A stretch of DNA of 32,000 nucleotides from Wolbachia endosymbiont of Cimex lectularius (GTDB lineage Bacteria > Pseudomonadota > Alphaproteobacteria > Rickettsiales > Anaplasmataceae), in assembly GCF_000829315.1 (NCBI RefSeq), contig NZ_AP013028.1, positions 1,020,001-1,052,000 on the forward strand, in the 5' to 3' direction. The notes beneath the pieces were generated by a model, which saw only the letters and a list, made by a program, of their open reading frames with translations, searched no databases and had not been told where the DNA came from. The position numbers were made by a program, and so were the translations under genes. Position 1 is the first letter of the stretch. Every line of letters starts with the position of its first letter. Shown one piece after another: positions 8,620 to 18,366 of this stretch.

Positions 8620-9504
8620 GTGAAAGAACAAAAATGCTTATTTGTCACCATAGCCGGTTTACCAAATGCTGGGAAGTCTACGCTGATTAACAGCATTGTA
8701 GGTAAGAAGATCGCAATTGTTACTCCCAAAGTGCAAACAACGAGGACGCAAATAAGGGGTATTGCAATACGCGATGACACACAAATTATTTTTACTGATT
8801 CTCCGGGGATATTTTCGGCAGAAACGAAACTTGAGAAAACTCTAGTCAAATCTGCATGGTCAGCAATCAGGGGTGATGACATCACTTTGTTGCTGGTTGA
8901 TGCGAGCAATTATTTAAAAAATATAGAGAAAATCAAAACTATATTTGCGCGGCTGCAACGCACAAAAGGCAGATGTATTTTGGTTATTAATAAGATTGAT
9001 CTGGTAAAAAAACCTGAGCTAAAGATGGCGTATGAACATCTGAATTTGCTTTATAGGTTTGAAAGAATTTTTACAATATCCGCATTAAAGAGTGATGGAC
9101 TTTCTGATTTGATAAGTTATTTATCTGAAGTTGCGCCAGTGAGTCCTTGGTTTTATAGAGAAGATCAAATAACCGATTCTTCGACGAGTTTTTTATCAGC
9201 GGAAATTACGAGGGAAAAATTATTCTTGAATTTGCGTGAAGAATTGCCATATTCTATAGCTGTCATAACTGAACAAATTCAGGAGAAAAAAGATAAGAGT
9301 TTAATTATAAAACAGGTCATATTTGTGCTGAGGGATAGTCATAAGAAAATAGTACTAGGAAAAGATGGCAGTAATATTAAAAAAATTGGCATCGAGGCAC
9401 GTGTTGAGCTGGAGAAGTTATTCGAGTGTAAAGTTCACCTGTTTTTATTCGTGAAAGTGCGGCATTGGACTGACCGTCCTGAGGAGTATATAAGCGATGC
9501 TTAA
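8620..9504 (+). CDS. era: GTPase Era
   Basis: GLPNAGKSTLINSIVGKKIAIVTPKVQTTR, DSPGIF, NKIDLV, C-terminal KH domain VILGKDGSNIKKIG. Apparent GTG start. Confidence 0.95.
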   Translation: MKEQKCLFVTIAGLPNAGKSTLINSIVGKKIAIVTPKVQTTRTQIRGIAIRDDTQIIFTDSPGIFSAETKLEKTLVKSAWSAIRGDDITLLLVDASNYLKNIEKIKTIFARLQRTKGRCILVINKIDLVKKPELKMAYEHLNLLYRFERIFTISALKSDGLSDLISYLSEVAPVSPWFYREDQITDSSTSFLSAEITREKLFLNLREELPYSIAVITEQIQEKKDKSLIIKQVIFVLRDSHKKIVLGKDGSNIKKIGIEARVELEKLFECKVHLFLFVKVRHWTDRPEEYISDA

Positions 9505-10315
9505 TTCTTTATTGGTATTTGATATTGAGACTATACCAGATATAAACTCCTGCAAAAATTTACTCAATATTTGTGATGATAGCAGTGTAGAAGAGAAAAG
9601 AGACGCGTTAACAAAATATCACCTTGAGATAACAAACGGACAAAACCCTTTTCTTCGTCAGCCTTTCCACCAAATTGTAGTTATCAGTTTTTTACTCTGT
9701 AATATAAGCTGCAAAAATGGTTATGAGGTGTTCACACTACAGGAAATTAGGTCTGGCGGCACACTAAATTCTAGTGAAAAAGAGCTAGTTAAGGGATTTT
9801 TCAATTATATGTCAGAAAAAAGACCAAGGTTAGTTTCATTTAATGGGCGCACTTTTGACATACCAGTGCTGAAATACCGCGCTATGGTTTATGGCATTCA
9901 AGCAGAATATTTTCATAAAGCTGGTGATAAGTGGAATAGCTATAATCAAAGATACAGTAGTGATTGGCATTGCGATTTACTTGAATCCCTCTCTGATTTT
10001 GGAGCTTCCGCGAGAGTAAAAATGAATGAAGTTTGTGCAGCGCTTAATCTTCCTGGTAAAATTGGGGTTGATGGGTCGCAAGTTATGGGTTTATACGATA
10101 GTGGCAAGATGCAAGAGATTCGAGAATACTGTGAAACAGATGTAATTAACACTTATTTGATTTACCTGAGATTTGTGCACCATCAAGGAAGAATCACTAC
10201 CGAGAGCTACAACAAAAGTGTGGAAGAGCTACTTTTAGAATGCGAAAAAAAAGCACATCTAAAAAAATTTAAAGAAGAATGGGAAGCAACTTGTGGCGGA
10301 AGGTTTTATATTTGA
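9497..10315 (+). CDS. Predicted 3'-5' exonuclease of the PolB-like DEDD family
   Basis: LVFDIETIPD, LVSFNGRTFDIPVLKYRA, DLLESLSDFGA, YCETDVINTYLIYLRF; overlaps era by 8 bp. Confidence 0.8.
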   Translation: MLNSLLVFDIETIPDINSCKNLLNICDDSSVEEKRDALTKYHLEITNGQNPFLRQPFHQIVVISFLLCNISCKNGYEVFTLQEIRSGGTLNSSEKELVKGFFNYMSEKRPRLVSFNGRTFDIPVLKYRAMVYGIQAEYFHKAGDKWNSYNQRYSSDWHCDLLESLSDFGASARVKMNEVCAALNLPGKIGVDGSQVMGLYDSGKMQEIREYCETDVINTYLIYLRFVHHQGRITTESYNKSVEELLLECEKKAHLKKFKEEWEATCGGRFYI

Positions 10316-10401
10316 ATCTAGAGGGATGGAATTACACCCCCTGTGTTATCCAAGTGACCGATACTTGAATGACATTCTTCCCGGTGGAGATTGCTCTTAA
10401 A

Positions 10402-11780
10402 TCATAATGTTCGTATAGCTGCGACCCGAGAGGTGCTTTCTCTCATCCATTGCAGATATTGCACGGTGCTGTCAACTTGGTCATTGTGATGTGCTTCTGG
10501 GAACATTAAAATTTCATACTCAAAATCATTGAGCCATATCGCCTGGTGCGGCAGAAAAACTTTTCCAGACTCTATAATGGGAACAATCTGGTGGAATCGA
10601 GCGAGTTTGTCATCATGCGGTACTATTTCAATAACGGGTAAATCACTGCTTGCCTTTAGCTCTTGCACCAATTGCTGACCGCTTGTTTTTGCTTCGATCG
10701 AAATTGCGTGTGGTGTCCATCTTGCGGCTAAGGACAAAACTTGTTCTTTAAGTTTTGGGTACTCGAGTTTTGTACGATATACATCGAGTAAATAGAATTT
10801 ATTGCCCGCTTTTGCCCAAGTGGTGCAGACGCTGAAGTTGCTAGAGTTGCTCGTTGAAACTGCAGTATCCCAGCTCTGGGTTACATGCGAGAGGTTATCA
10901 GGAAAATTTCTATAGCGCTTCAGCCACTCTAGTTTGATTATACCACTTGAAAGCGGTAGAGGGTTTTGCTGATATTGCGCAGCAAAAGCATAGCTTCCAA
11001 GTTCAGCCTTTATCATCTTAACTTCCTTTTTTCCTTCATCCACAGAATATAATAGCTGGCCTTCTTCTCTTGAGTATAACATCTTTGCAGGTCTAGCACG
11101 CAATGCTGTTTTATTGCTGGTGTACTCATTTATAGTTGACCGAGCTACTTGGATGACAGAAACAGGATGCGCTGGCTTTTTGATTGAGTAAATAATCTCC
11201 TTATTTTCAGATATCATTAGTAAACAAATGCAGTGCCATATGTTTTTTAGTTTGGAGAGAAGGTGTCCGGTTAAGTCCTCTTGATGTAGCCTGTGCATCA
11301 CAAGGACAATAACTCCTTTTTTTCTATTGTTGAGCCTGCTTATCAGAGTCTGATCAAACCAGTTTGTGGCACGCTTTCTAAACGTTTCACTCAGAGCTTG
11401 AGTGGAGCTCAGTGGATCATCCACAATGATGAAATTTCCACCTTCGCCGGTTAGTGTCCCTCCAACAGATATTGCGATTCTATATCCTCTCTGCACTGTT
11501 TGAAATTTGTATTTAGTGTTTTGTTCTGTGGATAGCTCTACCTCTGGAAACAGCTCTCTATACCAACTAGACTGCATCACGCACCTTGTATCGAGCGAGT
11601 GCTTTTCGCTCAGCCGCTGAGAATAGCTTGCAACTATTATCCTTGCAGTTGGCTGATTGCCCAGTATCCACGCGGGCCACGCAACGCTCACACACATGGA
11701 TTTCATCGAGCGCGGCGGCATATTGAATATTATTCGCCTCATTTTGCCAACATTTGCTGCTTCAAGCCTGTCTGCTATGA
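10402..11780 (-). pseudogene. Phage terminase large subunit, isolated, N-terminally truncated; annotated ORF 10402-11742 but coding continues upstream to a TAG near 11780
   Basis: VIADRLEAANVGKMRRIIFNMPPRSMKSMCVSVAWPAWILG (Walker A-like), FIIVDDP, nuclease-like C-terminus. Coding-like residues upstream of the apparent Met, but a stop precedes them. Confidence 0.8.
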
Positions 11781-11930
11781 CTTTTACATACTATAGTCGT
11801 TATACTCACACCCCGGCATCACCGTTTTAAAGCATAACTCAATGAATTTTAGAAAGTTTATGTTTTCCATATTAGTCTCCTATTATCCAAGCAGCCTTTT
11901 CTTGTCATCCAAGTACTTCCTCCTCCTGTC

Positions 11931-11954
11931 ATCCCAGTGCTCCGACACTGGGAT
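11931..11954. repeat. Palindromic repeat element (ATCCCAGTG-ctccga-CACTGGGAT)
   Basis: Perfect 9 bp inverted repeat with short loop; same core at 2398-2420. Confidence 0.85.
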
Positions 11955-12022
11955 CCAGTTTTCCATAAAAATAGTGCATTTTAACATAACTTTTATGCCC
12001 ACTAGCCTAATAAAGTTTCTGG

Positions 12023-12045
12023 ATTCCAGCGTCACGCGCTGGAAT
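12023..12045. repeat. Palindromic repeat element (ATTCCAGCG-tcacg-CGCTGGAAT)
   Basis: Perfect 9 bp inverted repeat; related to elements at 2398, 11931, 25144. Confidence 0.85.
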
Positions 12046-12055
12046 GACACCACTT

Positions 12056-12572
12056 GCTGTAAAAATAAATGTTCGTTCATAGATTGCAACTAGCTATAAA
12101 TATTTAAGAAATTTGCCAGACGAGAAAAAAAGGTAAAAGAAACTCTAGTCGGTATTTATTTTCAGTATTGGCATTTTTTTAAGTCTTAAACGCTGCAATT
12201 TAGCGACTTTTAAACTGCAACAGACCCTTAGCTTAAGTGCTAAGAAATTTACTAAGCAGAAAAAAAAGGCAAAAGAAACCCAGAGCAGCTAGTATTCAAA
12301 TTCTCCCTTGTTCTATTTGACGTTCTATACTGTCTTAAACGACTTATAAGCGCGTTTCAGCTTGTATAGGCAAAAACCTAGAAGTTTTATGAAGACATGG
12401 AGTGCACATAGTGCAAAAATTTAAACATGAGACGCTAAATACAAAGTTTCCTTTGTCGTTTTAATCTGCAGATTGCGAAGTTAAATGAATAGCTTCAGTA
12501 TCATTATAAGGGGGTTGGAGGAATTTGTCAAGCAGTTTTTTTTGCATATGTTAAAACTAGCTTGATATGCGA
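12056..12572. repeat. Left arm of imperfect long inverted repeat flanking xthA-hemD-symporter
   Basis: Reverse-complement similarity to about 15490-15930, e.g. AAATGTTCGTTCAT / ATGAACGAACATTT; CAGTATCATTATAAGGGGGTTG / CAACCCCCTTATAATGATACTG. Confidence 0.75.
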
Positions 12573-12577
12573 GAAAT

Positions 12578-13396
12578 CTATTGTGCAGCCGCGTTTTTTT
12601 CTTCAACTTGGGGATTCATAACACACACAACGGGCGTATGGTCAGATGGGCTTTCCAGCTTGCGCAGCCTGCTATCTATATAACACGTTTCCAACCTGTC
12701 AATAGCTTGCGGTGATAGCAGCATATGATCTATTCGCATTCCTTGATTATTTCTTAGTGAACTGCCTTGGTAGTGCCACCAGGTAAACTGTTGCAAATTC
12801 GGGTGGGATGTCCTAAATGCGTCTTTAAACCCGAGATTCAGGATTGCCCTTAATTTCTCGCGTTCTTTTATATGAAAACACACTTGACCATTCAGTAAAA
12901 TTGGGTCAAAAACGTCAATTTCGTCCGGTGCAACATTGTAGTCGCCAGCTATAATAGTTAGCTCCTCATTCTTCAGCAAATAGCCCATTCTTTCATGTAG
13001 GTTATCGAAAAACTTGAGTTTATACGCAAACGCGTGAGAGTCTGGGCTTTGACCATTTGGAACGTATACGCTTCCTACTCTTATCTTCTGGTTATTGTGC
13101 TTTACTTTGCACTCTATATAACGTGCTTCTTGATAGCTTTCTACAACGTCAATTTTAAATTCCTCTATTATTGGATGTTGAGATAAAACACAAACACTAT
13201 TTCTTGCAACTTGCCCATAGACGGCGCATTCATACCCAAGCTTCTCTATTTCCGCATAGGGAAATTGCTCTTCCGTGCACTTTATCTCTTGCAGCAGGAT
13301 TATATCTATCTGACTATCAATTACGAAACTACAGAGCTGCTCAACTCTTTTGCGTATAGAGTTGACATTCCAAGTGGCAATTTTTAGCATCAGCAA
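12578..13396 (-). CDS. xthA: Exodeoxyribonuclease III
   Basis: KIATWNVNSIRKR, LQEIKCTEEQFP, SVYVPNGQ, GDYNVAPDEIDV, RIDHMLLS, SDHTPVV. Confidence 0.95.
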   Translation of the reverse strand: MLMLKIATWNVNSIRKRVEQLCSFVIDSQIDIILLQEIKCTEEQFPYAEIEKLGYECAVYGQVARNSVCVLSQHPIIEEFKIDVVESYQEARYIECKVKHNNQKIRVGSVYVPNGQSPDSHAFAYKLKFFDNLHERMGYLLKNEELTIIAGDYNVAPDEIDVFDPILLNGQVCFHIKEREKLRAILNLGFKDAFRTSHPNLQQFTWWHYQGSSLRNNQGMRIDHMLLSPQAIDRLETCYIDSRLRKLESPSDHTPVVCVMNPQVEEKNAAAQ

Positions 13397-14097
13397 TCCT
13401 TATTAATCATATCAATTAAACTCTCTTTAGTAGGTAACCTCGATGTTATGACTTTTTTCCATTTGATTGACTTCAAACTATCAGCAATATTCTTACTCAT
13501 AGCGCATGCAACTATATCGCCCATTGCATGAGATAGGCCACTTTTTGAAACTAAAGAACAGAATATTCTTGCTGTCTGTGAAGAAAAAAAAGCAACACTA
13601 TCGATTTTACTACCTGATAACAAATTTTTGCACCTGTGAGTTAGGTTCCTTTTAATAATTGTCTTGTAGAGTATAACTTCCCTTACGTTAAAACCTTCTT
13701 CAGATAACCTTTTTTTCAAATCACATGATATTTCCAGCCCCCTGATATATAGGAACTTTACTGCTATTGAATAGTGATTTTTTATAAATGATATCAGACC
13801 CTCAACATTACTGTCTGCTGATATGATATCAGAGAACCCTAAATCCTTTGCAGTTTGCATCGTTGAGCTACCAACTGTAATGATTGGAAGGTCATCTACT
13901 TTGCATATTTGGCTAAATGCTTTCACGCTGTTTTTACTTGTGGATATTACCACATCAAATTCATGCGCAGATATATCAGGCTGCAGATATTTTATTGTGA
14001 ATACTGGCTCTATATATACTTTATACCCATATTTCCTCAGCGCACTTCTCGTATCCAGTGAGTCTGATAAAGGCCTAGTCAACAAGATAGACTTCAT
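13390..14097 (-). CDS. hemD: Uroporphyrinogen-III synthase HemD
   Basis: ILLTRPLSDSLDTRSALRKYGYKVYIEPVFTI, FDVVISTSKNSVKAF, VAFFSSQTARIF. Confidence 0.8.
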   Translation of the reverse strand: MKSILLTRPLSDSLDTRSALRKYGYKVYIEPVFTIKYLQPDISAHEFDVVISTSKNSVKAFSQICKVDDLPIITVGSSTMQTAKDLGFSDIISADSNVEGLISFIKNHYSIAVKFLYIRGLEISCDLKKRLSEEGFNVREVILYKTIIKRNLTHRCKNLLSGSKIDSVAFFSSQTARIFCSLVSKSGLSHAMGDIVACAMSKNIADSLKSIKWKKVITSRLPTKESLIDMINKDC

Positions 14098-14296
14098 TCT
14101 AATCTACTTTACTACAGGTAAAATAATACCTTTATAAAAAAATTACTGAATAAAAATTTTTAAACAGATTATATTACCAATGCTGGACTTCACTGAAGTT
14201 TTATAGTTAAGCCTTACAGGATTTGCAAGAAAATAAATTCTTGTTTACAAAAATTTCGAGTAGACTAGCCTTATCCTATCAATTAACGTACTAAAT

Positions 14297-15454
14297 ATGC
14301 TATTAACATTACTCGCTGTCTTTATTTTATCGTTCTTATTTGGAGATTTAATCCCTGTTGATGCAAAGATTTTTTTATATTCAGTGAGCTTGAATATCAA
14401 GGAAGTTTTAAACTTTACAATGCCTTTTATTATTTTTTCTTTGATATTTAATAGCATTAATAATCTAAAGAATGCAGCGATTACATTCATCATATTACTA
14501 CTAGTGGCGGTCTTTTTGTCAAATTTGTTTTCAAGCCTTATTGGTTATCTCACAGGATATATTATTACACAAAATCTTCATATTAGTTCTGAAATAGTGT
14601 TGCCTCAAAGCGAACTAAGCAGCCCATGGAGATTCAAATTACCAGCATTGATCTCAAACTTTCATGCTCTACTGCTTGGGCTCATCGCTGGAGTAACTGT
14701 ACATAGAATCATTCCGCAAAAGAGCGACATTATCGCTAAAAAACTAGCGAGCATAGCGTTCTTTCTTCTCAGAAGAATATTAATTCCTGTTATGCCTGTA
14801 TTCATACTAGGTTTTGTCTTAAAATTGCAACACGACAAAGCATTATCAGCCGTTTTTGAGGATTATATTGCAATTTTTACTATCATGATAATTGTTATCT
14901 ACACTTATGTTATATTGCTATACGGAATCGCAAATTCATTTAAGGTAAAGGACTGGCTAACTAGCATGAGAAATATGCTACCTGCAATAGTAACGGCAAT
15001 TGCAACATCGTCAAGTAGCGCTACAATACCTGTTACTTTAGAAGGAAGTAAAAAGAATGTAAAGGAGCATAATATAGCAGATGCCATGGTTCCTGTAATT
15101 GCAAGTACCAATTCTATTGGTAGTTGCTTCAGTATTATTGTTCTGGTTTTGGTAATCATAGAATCATTCGGCACTCAAACGTTAACAATATGGGAACATG
15201 CACGTTTTTTGTCATATTTTCTGCTGCTGAAATTTGCTGCTGCAGCGCCAGGCAGCGATATAATTGTGGTGCTTGGACTTCTTGAGGGATTGGGTTTTTC
15301 TCCAGCCATGTTGTCATTAATAACTGCGATTTACGTGATTCTTAATCCAATTATCACTGGTGCAAATGTTGCTGGAGATGGTGCATTGGTTATCATCTTC
15401 ACTAAATTTCACAGGAGACTCTTTGCAAGAGAGAAACAGAGGGCTTTAAAGTAG
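14297..15454 (+). CDS. Sodium/proton:dicarboxylate (DAACS family) symporter
   Basis: 385 aa polytopic; LGLIAGVTVHRIIPQK, TSSSSATIPVTLE, HNIADAMVPVIASTNSIG, NPIITGANVAGDGALVIIF. Confidence 0.85.
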   Translation: MLLTLLAVFILSFLFGDLIPVDAKIFLYSVSLNIKEVLNFTMPFIIFSLIFNSINNLKNAAITFIILLLVAVFLSNLFSSLIGYLTGYIITQNLHISSEIVLPQSELSSPWRFKLPALISNFHALLLGLIAGVTVHRIIPQKSDIIAKKLASIAFFLLRRILIPVMPVFILGFVLKLQHDKALSAVFEDYIAIFTIMIIVIYTYVILLYGIANSFKVKDWLTSMRNMLPAIVTAIATSSSSATIPVTLEGSKKNVKEHNIADAMVPVIASTNSIGSCFSIIVLVLVIIESFGTQTLTIWEHARFLSYFLLLKFAAAAPGSDIIVVLGLLEGLGFSPAMLSLITAIYVILNPIITGANVAGDGALVIIFTKFHRRLFAREKQRALK

Positions 15455-15489
15455 AATATTATTTACCTAAATACGACTTTTTTTGTCAA

Positions 15490-15930
15490 CTTGCACATCA
15501 AACCAGCTTTAGCATATACGAAAAAACTACTTGACAAGCTCCTTCAACCCCCTTATAATGATACTGAAGCTATTTGTTTAACTTCCCAATCTGTGCACTG
15601 CATGTCTTTTTAAAACTTCGGGTTTTTACCCATACAAGCTGAAACGCGCTTATAAGTCGTTTAAGACATCACCCAACGCTGGATTTTAAAATAGAGAGTG
15701 GAATAACTAGCTACCTTGGGGTTTTATTGTCCTTTTCTCTGCCTGGTAAATTTCTTAAATATTATAGCTTAGACTAGTTGCATTTAAAAGCAGCTAAATT
15801 GCAGCGTTTAAGACATAAAAACGCCAATACTGAAAATAAATACCGACCAGGGCTTCTTTTGCTTTTTTTCTCGTTTGGTAAATTTCTTAAATATTAAAGC
15901 AATTCATGAACGAACATTTGTTTTTACAAC
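15490..15930. repeat. Right arm of imperfect long inverted repeat (pairs with about 12056-12572)
   Basis: See left arm. Confidence 0.75.
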
Positions 15931-16014
15931 AAATGTTGTCATAAAGTGAAATGAGATCCCATCGTCACGCGCTGGGATGACAGGAAAGGGAGATGCTGGG
16001 ATGACAGGAGATAA

Positions 16015-16873
16015 GAACCTGTTTAAAATCTTGGAAATGTGAGGTAAAGTAAGCATAGATTAATAATGAGGTGTCTATGCAGAAAAGTTATCCAAGTAAT
16101 ATAAGTCAAGAGCAGTTTGAAAAAATCAGGCCAATTTTGGAGAGTAGCAAGCAGAAAACAAAACCAAGAAAACTTGATTTGTATGACGTATTTTGTGGGG
16201 TGTTGTACGTCTTAAAAAGTGGTTGTCAGTGGAGGATGTTACCAAAGGGTTTTCCAAGATGGGAAAGCGTATATTACTATTTTCGAGTGTGGAGTAAAAA
16301 GAGTGGAGAAGAGCCAAGCTTGTTGGAATTAGTCTTAAAAAAAATTAGTTGGAGAGGTCCGTATCAGCAATGGTCGGAAAGAGAAAACTAGCTTTTGTAT
16401 AATTGATTCTCAAAGCGTTAAAAACGCAGATACTGCTGAAAAAAAAGGCTATGATGCAGGTAAAAAGATTTCAGGGATAAAGCGCCATATTGCAGTTGAT
16501 ACACAAGGTTTGCCACATGCAATTTATGTAACAACGGCAGAAGCAACTGACCGTAGCAGTGCTGTGAAAATGGTCGAAAATGCTAAAGCAAACCTCTCTG
16601 AAGTTAAAAACATACTGGTTGATGCTGGCTACACAGGAGAAAATTTTGCAACACAAATAAAAGCTATCATTGGTGCGACTGTTGAAGTAATAAAGCGAAG
16701 TGAGTTACACACTTTCGTCGTATTGCCAAAAAGATGGGTTGTTGAACGCTCTTTTGCCTGGTTAGAAAAGTGCAGGCGATTGTGGAAAAATTGCGAGCGG
16801 AAGCTCAACACTAGCTTACAGATGATAGTCCTCTCCTTCATTTCTCTCTGTTACGAAGATTTTAAACAGGTTC
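16015..16873 (+). mobile_element. IS5-family (IS1031-type) insertion sequence, copy 2 (859 bp), TSD TAA
   Basis: Same TIRs; flanked by TAA (16012-16014) and TAA (16874-16876); one base missing in the 3' end compared with the other copies (TTTCTCTCTGTTACG versus TTTCTCTCCTGTTACG). Confidence 0.95.
16071..16391 (+). CDS. IS5-family transposase, N-terminal ORF
   Basis: 106 aa, near-identical to the copies at 7748, 22594 (-) and 23502. Confidence 0.9.
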   Translation: MSMQKSYPSNISQEQFEKIRPILESSKQKTKPRKLDLYDVFCGVLYVLKSGCQWRMLPKGFPRWESVYYYFRVWSKKSGEEPSLLELVLKKISWRGPYQQWSEREN

Positions 16874-16890
16874 TAAGGACTTTAGAATAG
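16510..16890 (+). CDS. IS5-family transposase, C-terminal ORF; frame open upstream of listed Met; altered C-terminus
   Basis: Frame upstream reads TSFCIIDSQSVKNADTAEKKGYDAGKKISGIKRHIAVDTQG; C-terminus LCYEDFKQVLRTLE differs from LLLRRF in other copies. Confidence 0.85.
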   Translation: MPHAIYVTTAEATDRSSAVKMVENAKANLSEVKNILVDAGYTGENFATQIKAIIGATVEVIKRSELHTFVVLPKRWVVERSFAWLEKCRRLWKNCERKLNTSLQMIVLSFISLCYEDFKQVLRTLE

Positions 16891-16943
16891 AGTTTTAATC
16901 ACTCCATAGTTTCTGTATAATCTTACAATTCAATTGATAGATT

Positions 16944-17870
16944 ATGAAGATAATAATAGGTAGCGCTAGTAAAGAATTAGGGGAATCAATAGTTAATAAG
17001 CTAAATGTTCAACCATCCCTTACTCAGGTATCAAGATTTGCCGATGGTGAGATGAATGTGTACGTGGGAGGCGATGTTTATAATCAAGAGGTATACATAA
17101 TACAATCCATTTCTTCTCCTACAAATGACAATCTTATGGAGCTGCTGATCACAATTGATGCAGTAAAGAGGTCAAGAGCTAAAAGAATAACGGCGATTAT
17201 TCCCTATTATGGATATAGCAGGCAAGATAGGGTTATTAAAAATGACAATATACAATCTGCTTTGAGTGCGAAATTAGCTGCAAATCTCATCCAGGCTGCA
17301 GGTGCGAATGGTATTGCAATTATTGATTTGCATTCAAGTCAAACTGAAGGGTTTTTTGATATACCAGTCGCTAATTTGAGCTGCCTTGAAGCATTTGCTG
17401 ACTCTATACACACGGAGAATTTGGCAATAGTTGCACCCGATGTTGGAGCAATCGGTAGAGCGCGTGCTTTTGCAAAGACTTTAGAGAAAAAGTATGAGAT
17501 GGGATTGAGTAATAAGATTATCGTAATAGATAAATATAGAGAGAAAGCAGGTACATCTCAGGTAATGAATGTAATAGGAGAAGCGGCAAATAAGAATTGT
17601 GTCATCGTCGATGATATAGTTGATTCTGGTGGAACATTATGCAATGCCGCTCTTGCTTTGAAAAGTCACGGGGCAAAGTCTGTAATTTCATGCATCACAC
17701 ATGGTGTTCTTTCAGGAAATGCAATTGAAAAAATCTCTTCCTCTTCTCTAGGTAAATTAGTGATCACAGACACCATACTTCACAAATTTGAAAAAACTGG
17801 TAAAATAGAAGTTGTTTCAACTGCAAATATTTTGGTTCACTTCATTAAAGGGGATAAGAATGCCAGCTAG
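16944..17870 (+). CDS. prs: Ribose-phosphate pyrophosphokinase
   Basis: FADGEMNVYVGGDV, RAKRITAIIPYYGYSRQDRV, IVDDIVDSGGTLCNAA. Confidence 0.95.
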   Translation: MKIIIGSASKELGESIVNKLNVQPSLTQVSRFADGEMNVYVGGDVYNQEVYIIQSISSPTNDNLMELLITIDAVKRSRAKRITAIIPYYGYSRQDRVIKNDNIQSALSAKLAANLIQAAGANGIAIIDLHSSQTEGFFDIPVANLSCLEAFADSIHTENLAIVAPDVGAIGRARAFAKTLEKKYEMGLSNKIIVIDKYREKAGTSQVMNVIGEAANKNCVIVDDIVDSGGTLCNAALALKSHGAKSVISCITHGVLSGNAIEKISSSSLGKLVITDTILHKFEKTGKIEVVSTANILVHFIKGDKNAS

Positions 17871-18213
17871 ATCAACGGAAGACGTCATCACTTCGCTAAT
17901 AGAGTTTGTGAACAAAAGAAAAGTAACAATTACTAAGGAAGAAATGCTTAAAATTGCACAGCTTGTAAGAATTAAGTTATCAAATGGCGAAATTGAGCAC
18001 TACTCCAAAGAACTAACGATGCTGGATTGGATACATGATATTTTGTTGCAAGTTAACACTGAAGGTGTTTCTCCTATACGTTATGGTAGTATAGATAAGG
18101 ACATTCACGTACGTAATGACGTTGTCAATGCTCAGAACATTAAAGAGGAGATATTATCCAACACAAAATCTGAGCATGGATATTTTGTAGTGCCAAAGGT
18201 TATAAACGATTGA
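17860..18213 (+). CDS. gatC: Asp-tRNA(Asn)/Glu-tRNA(Gln) amidotransferase subunit C (ORF open from 17812; likely start MPARSTED at 17860)
   Basis: ITKEEMLKIAQLVRIKLSNGEIEHYSKELTMLDWIHDILLQVNTEGVSP...RNDVV. Confidence 0.85.
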   Translation: MPARSTEDVITSLIEFVNKRKVTITKEEMLKIAQLVRIKLSNGEIEHYSKELTMLDWIHDILLQVNTEGVSPIRYGSIDKDIHVRNDVVNAQNIKEEILSNTKSEHGYFVVPKVIND

Positions 18214-18272
18214 AATAAGGCTGTGTTGTACAGTCCCAAAGTGCGTGGCATGATAAAGTATGAAAAAAATAG

Positions 18273-18301
18273 TTGACTTTCCCAAATTCACCTGTTATAC
18301 T
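18273..18301 (+). promoter_or_regulatory. Consensus-like sigma70 promoter (TTGACT - 17 nt - TATACT)
   Basis: TTGACT 18273-18278, TATACT 18296-18301, optimal 17 nt spacer; no ORF directly downstream. Confidence 0.6.
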
Positions 18302-18337
18302 ATAAGACTTTTTCTGTAAAAGGATAAGTAGCTTCAA

Positions 18338-18366
18338 GCACCAACGTCAAGTTGGTGCGATTTTTC
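18338..18366 (+). terminator. Rho-independent terminator-like hairpin
   Basis: GCACCAAC-gtcaa-GTTGGTGC perfect 8 bp stem followed by GATTTTTCT. Confidence 0.7.

Noticed and set aside
11599-12093. Short ORFs 11599-11796, 11842-12093 and 11883-12089
   Set aside because: First is antisense to terminase; the others fall in palindromic repeats and are translations of repeat sequence (for example SFQRVTLES).
16880-16943. IS copy 2 right end providing a promoter for prs
   Set aside because: A TATAAT (16916-16921) is present but no good -35 at the right spacing, and both elements lie outside the IS; no basis to claim a hybrid promoter.
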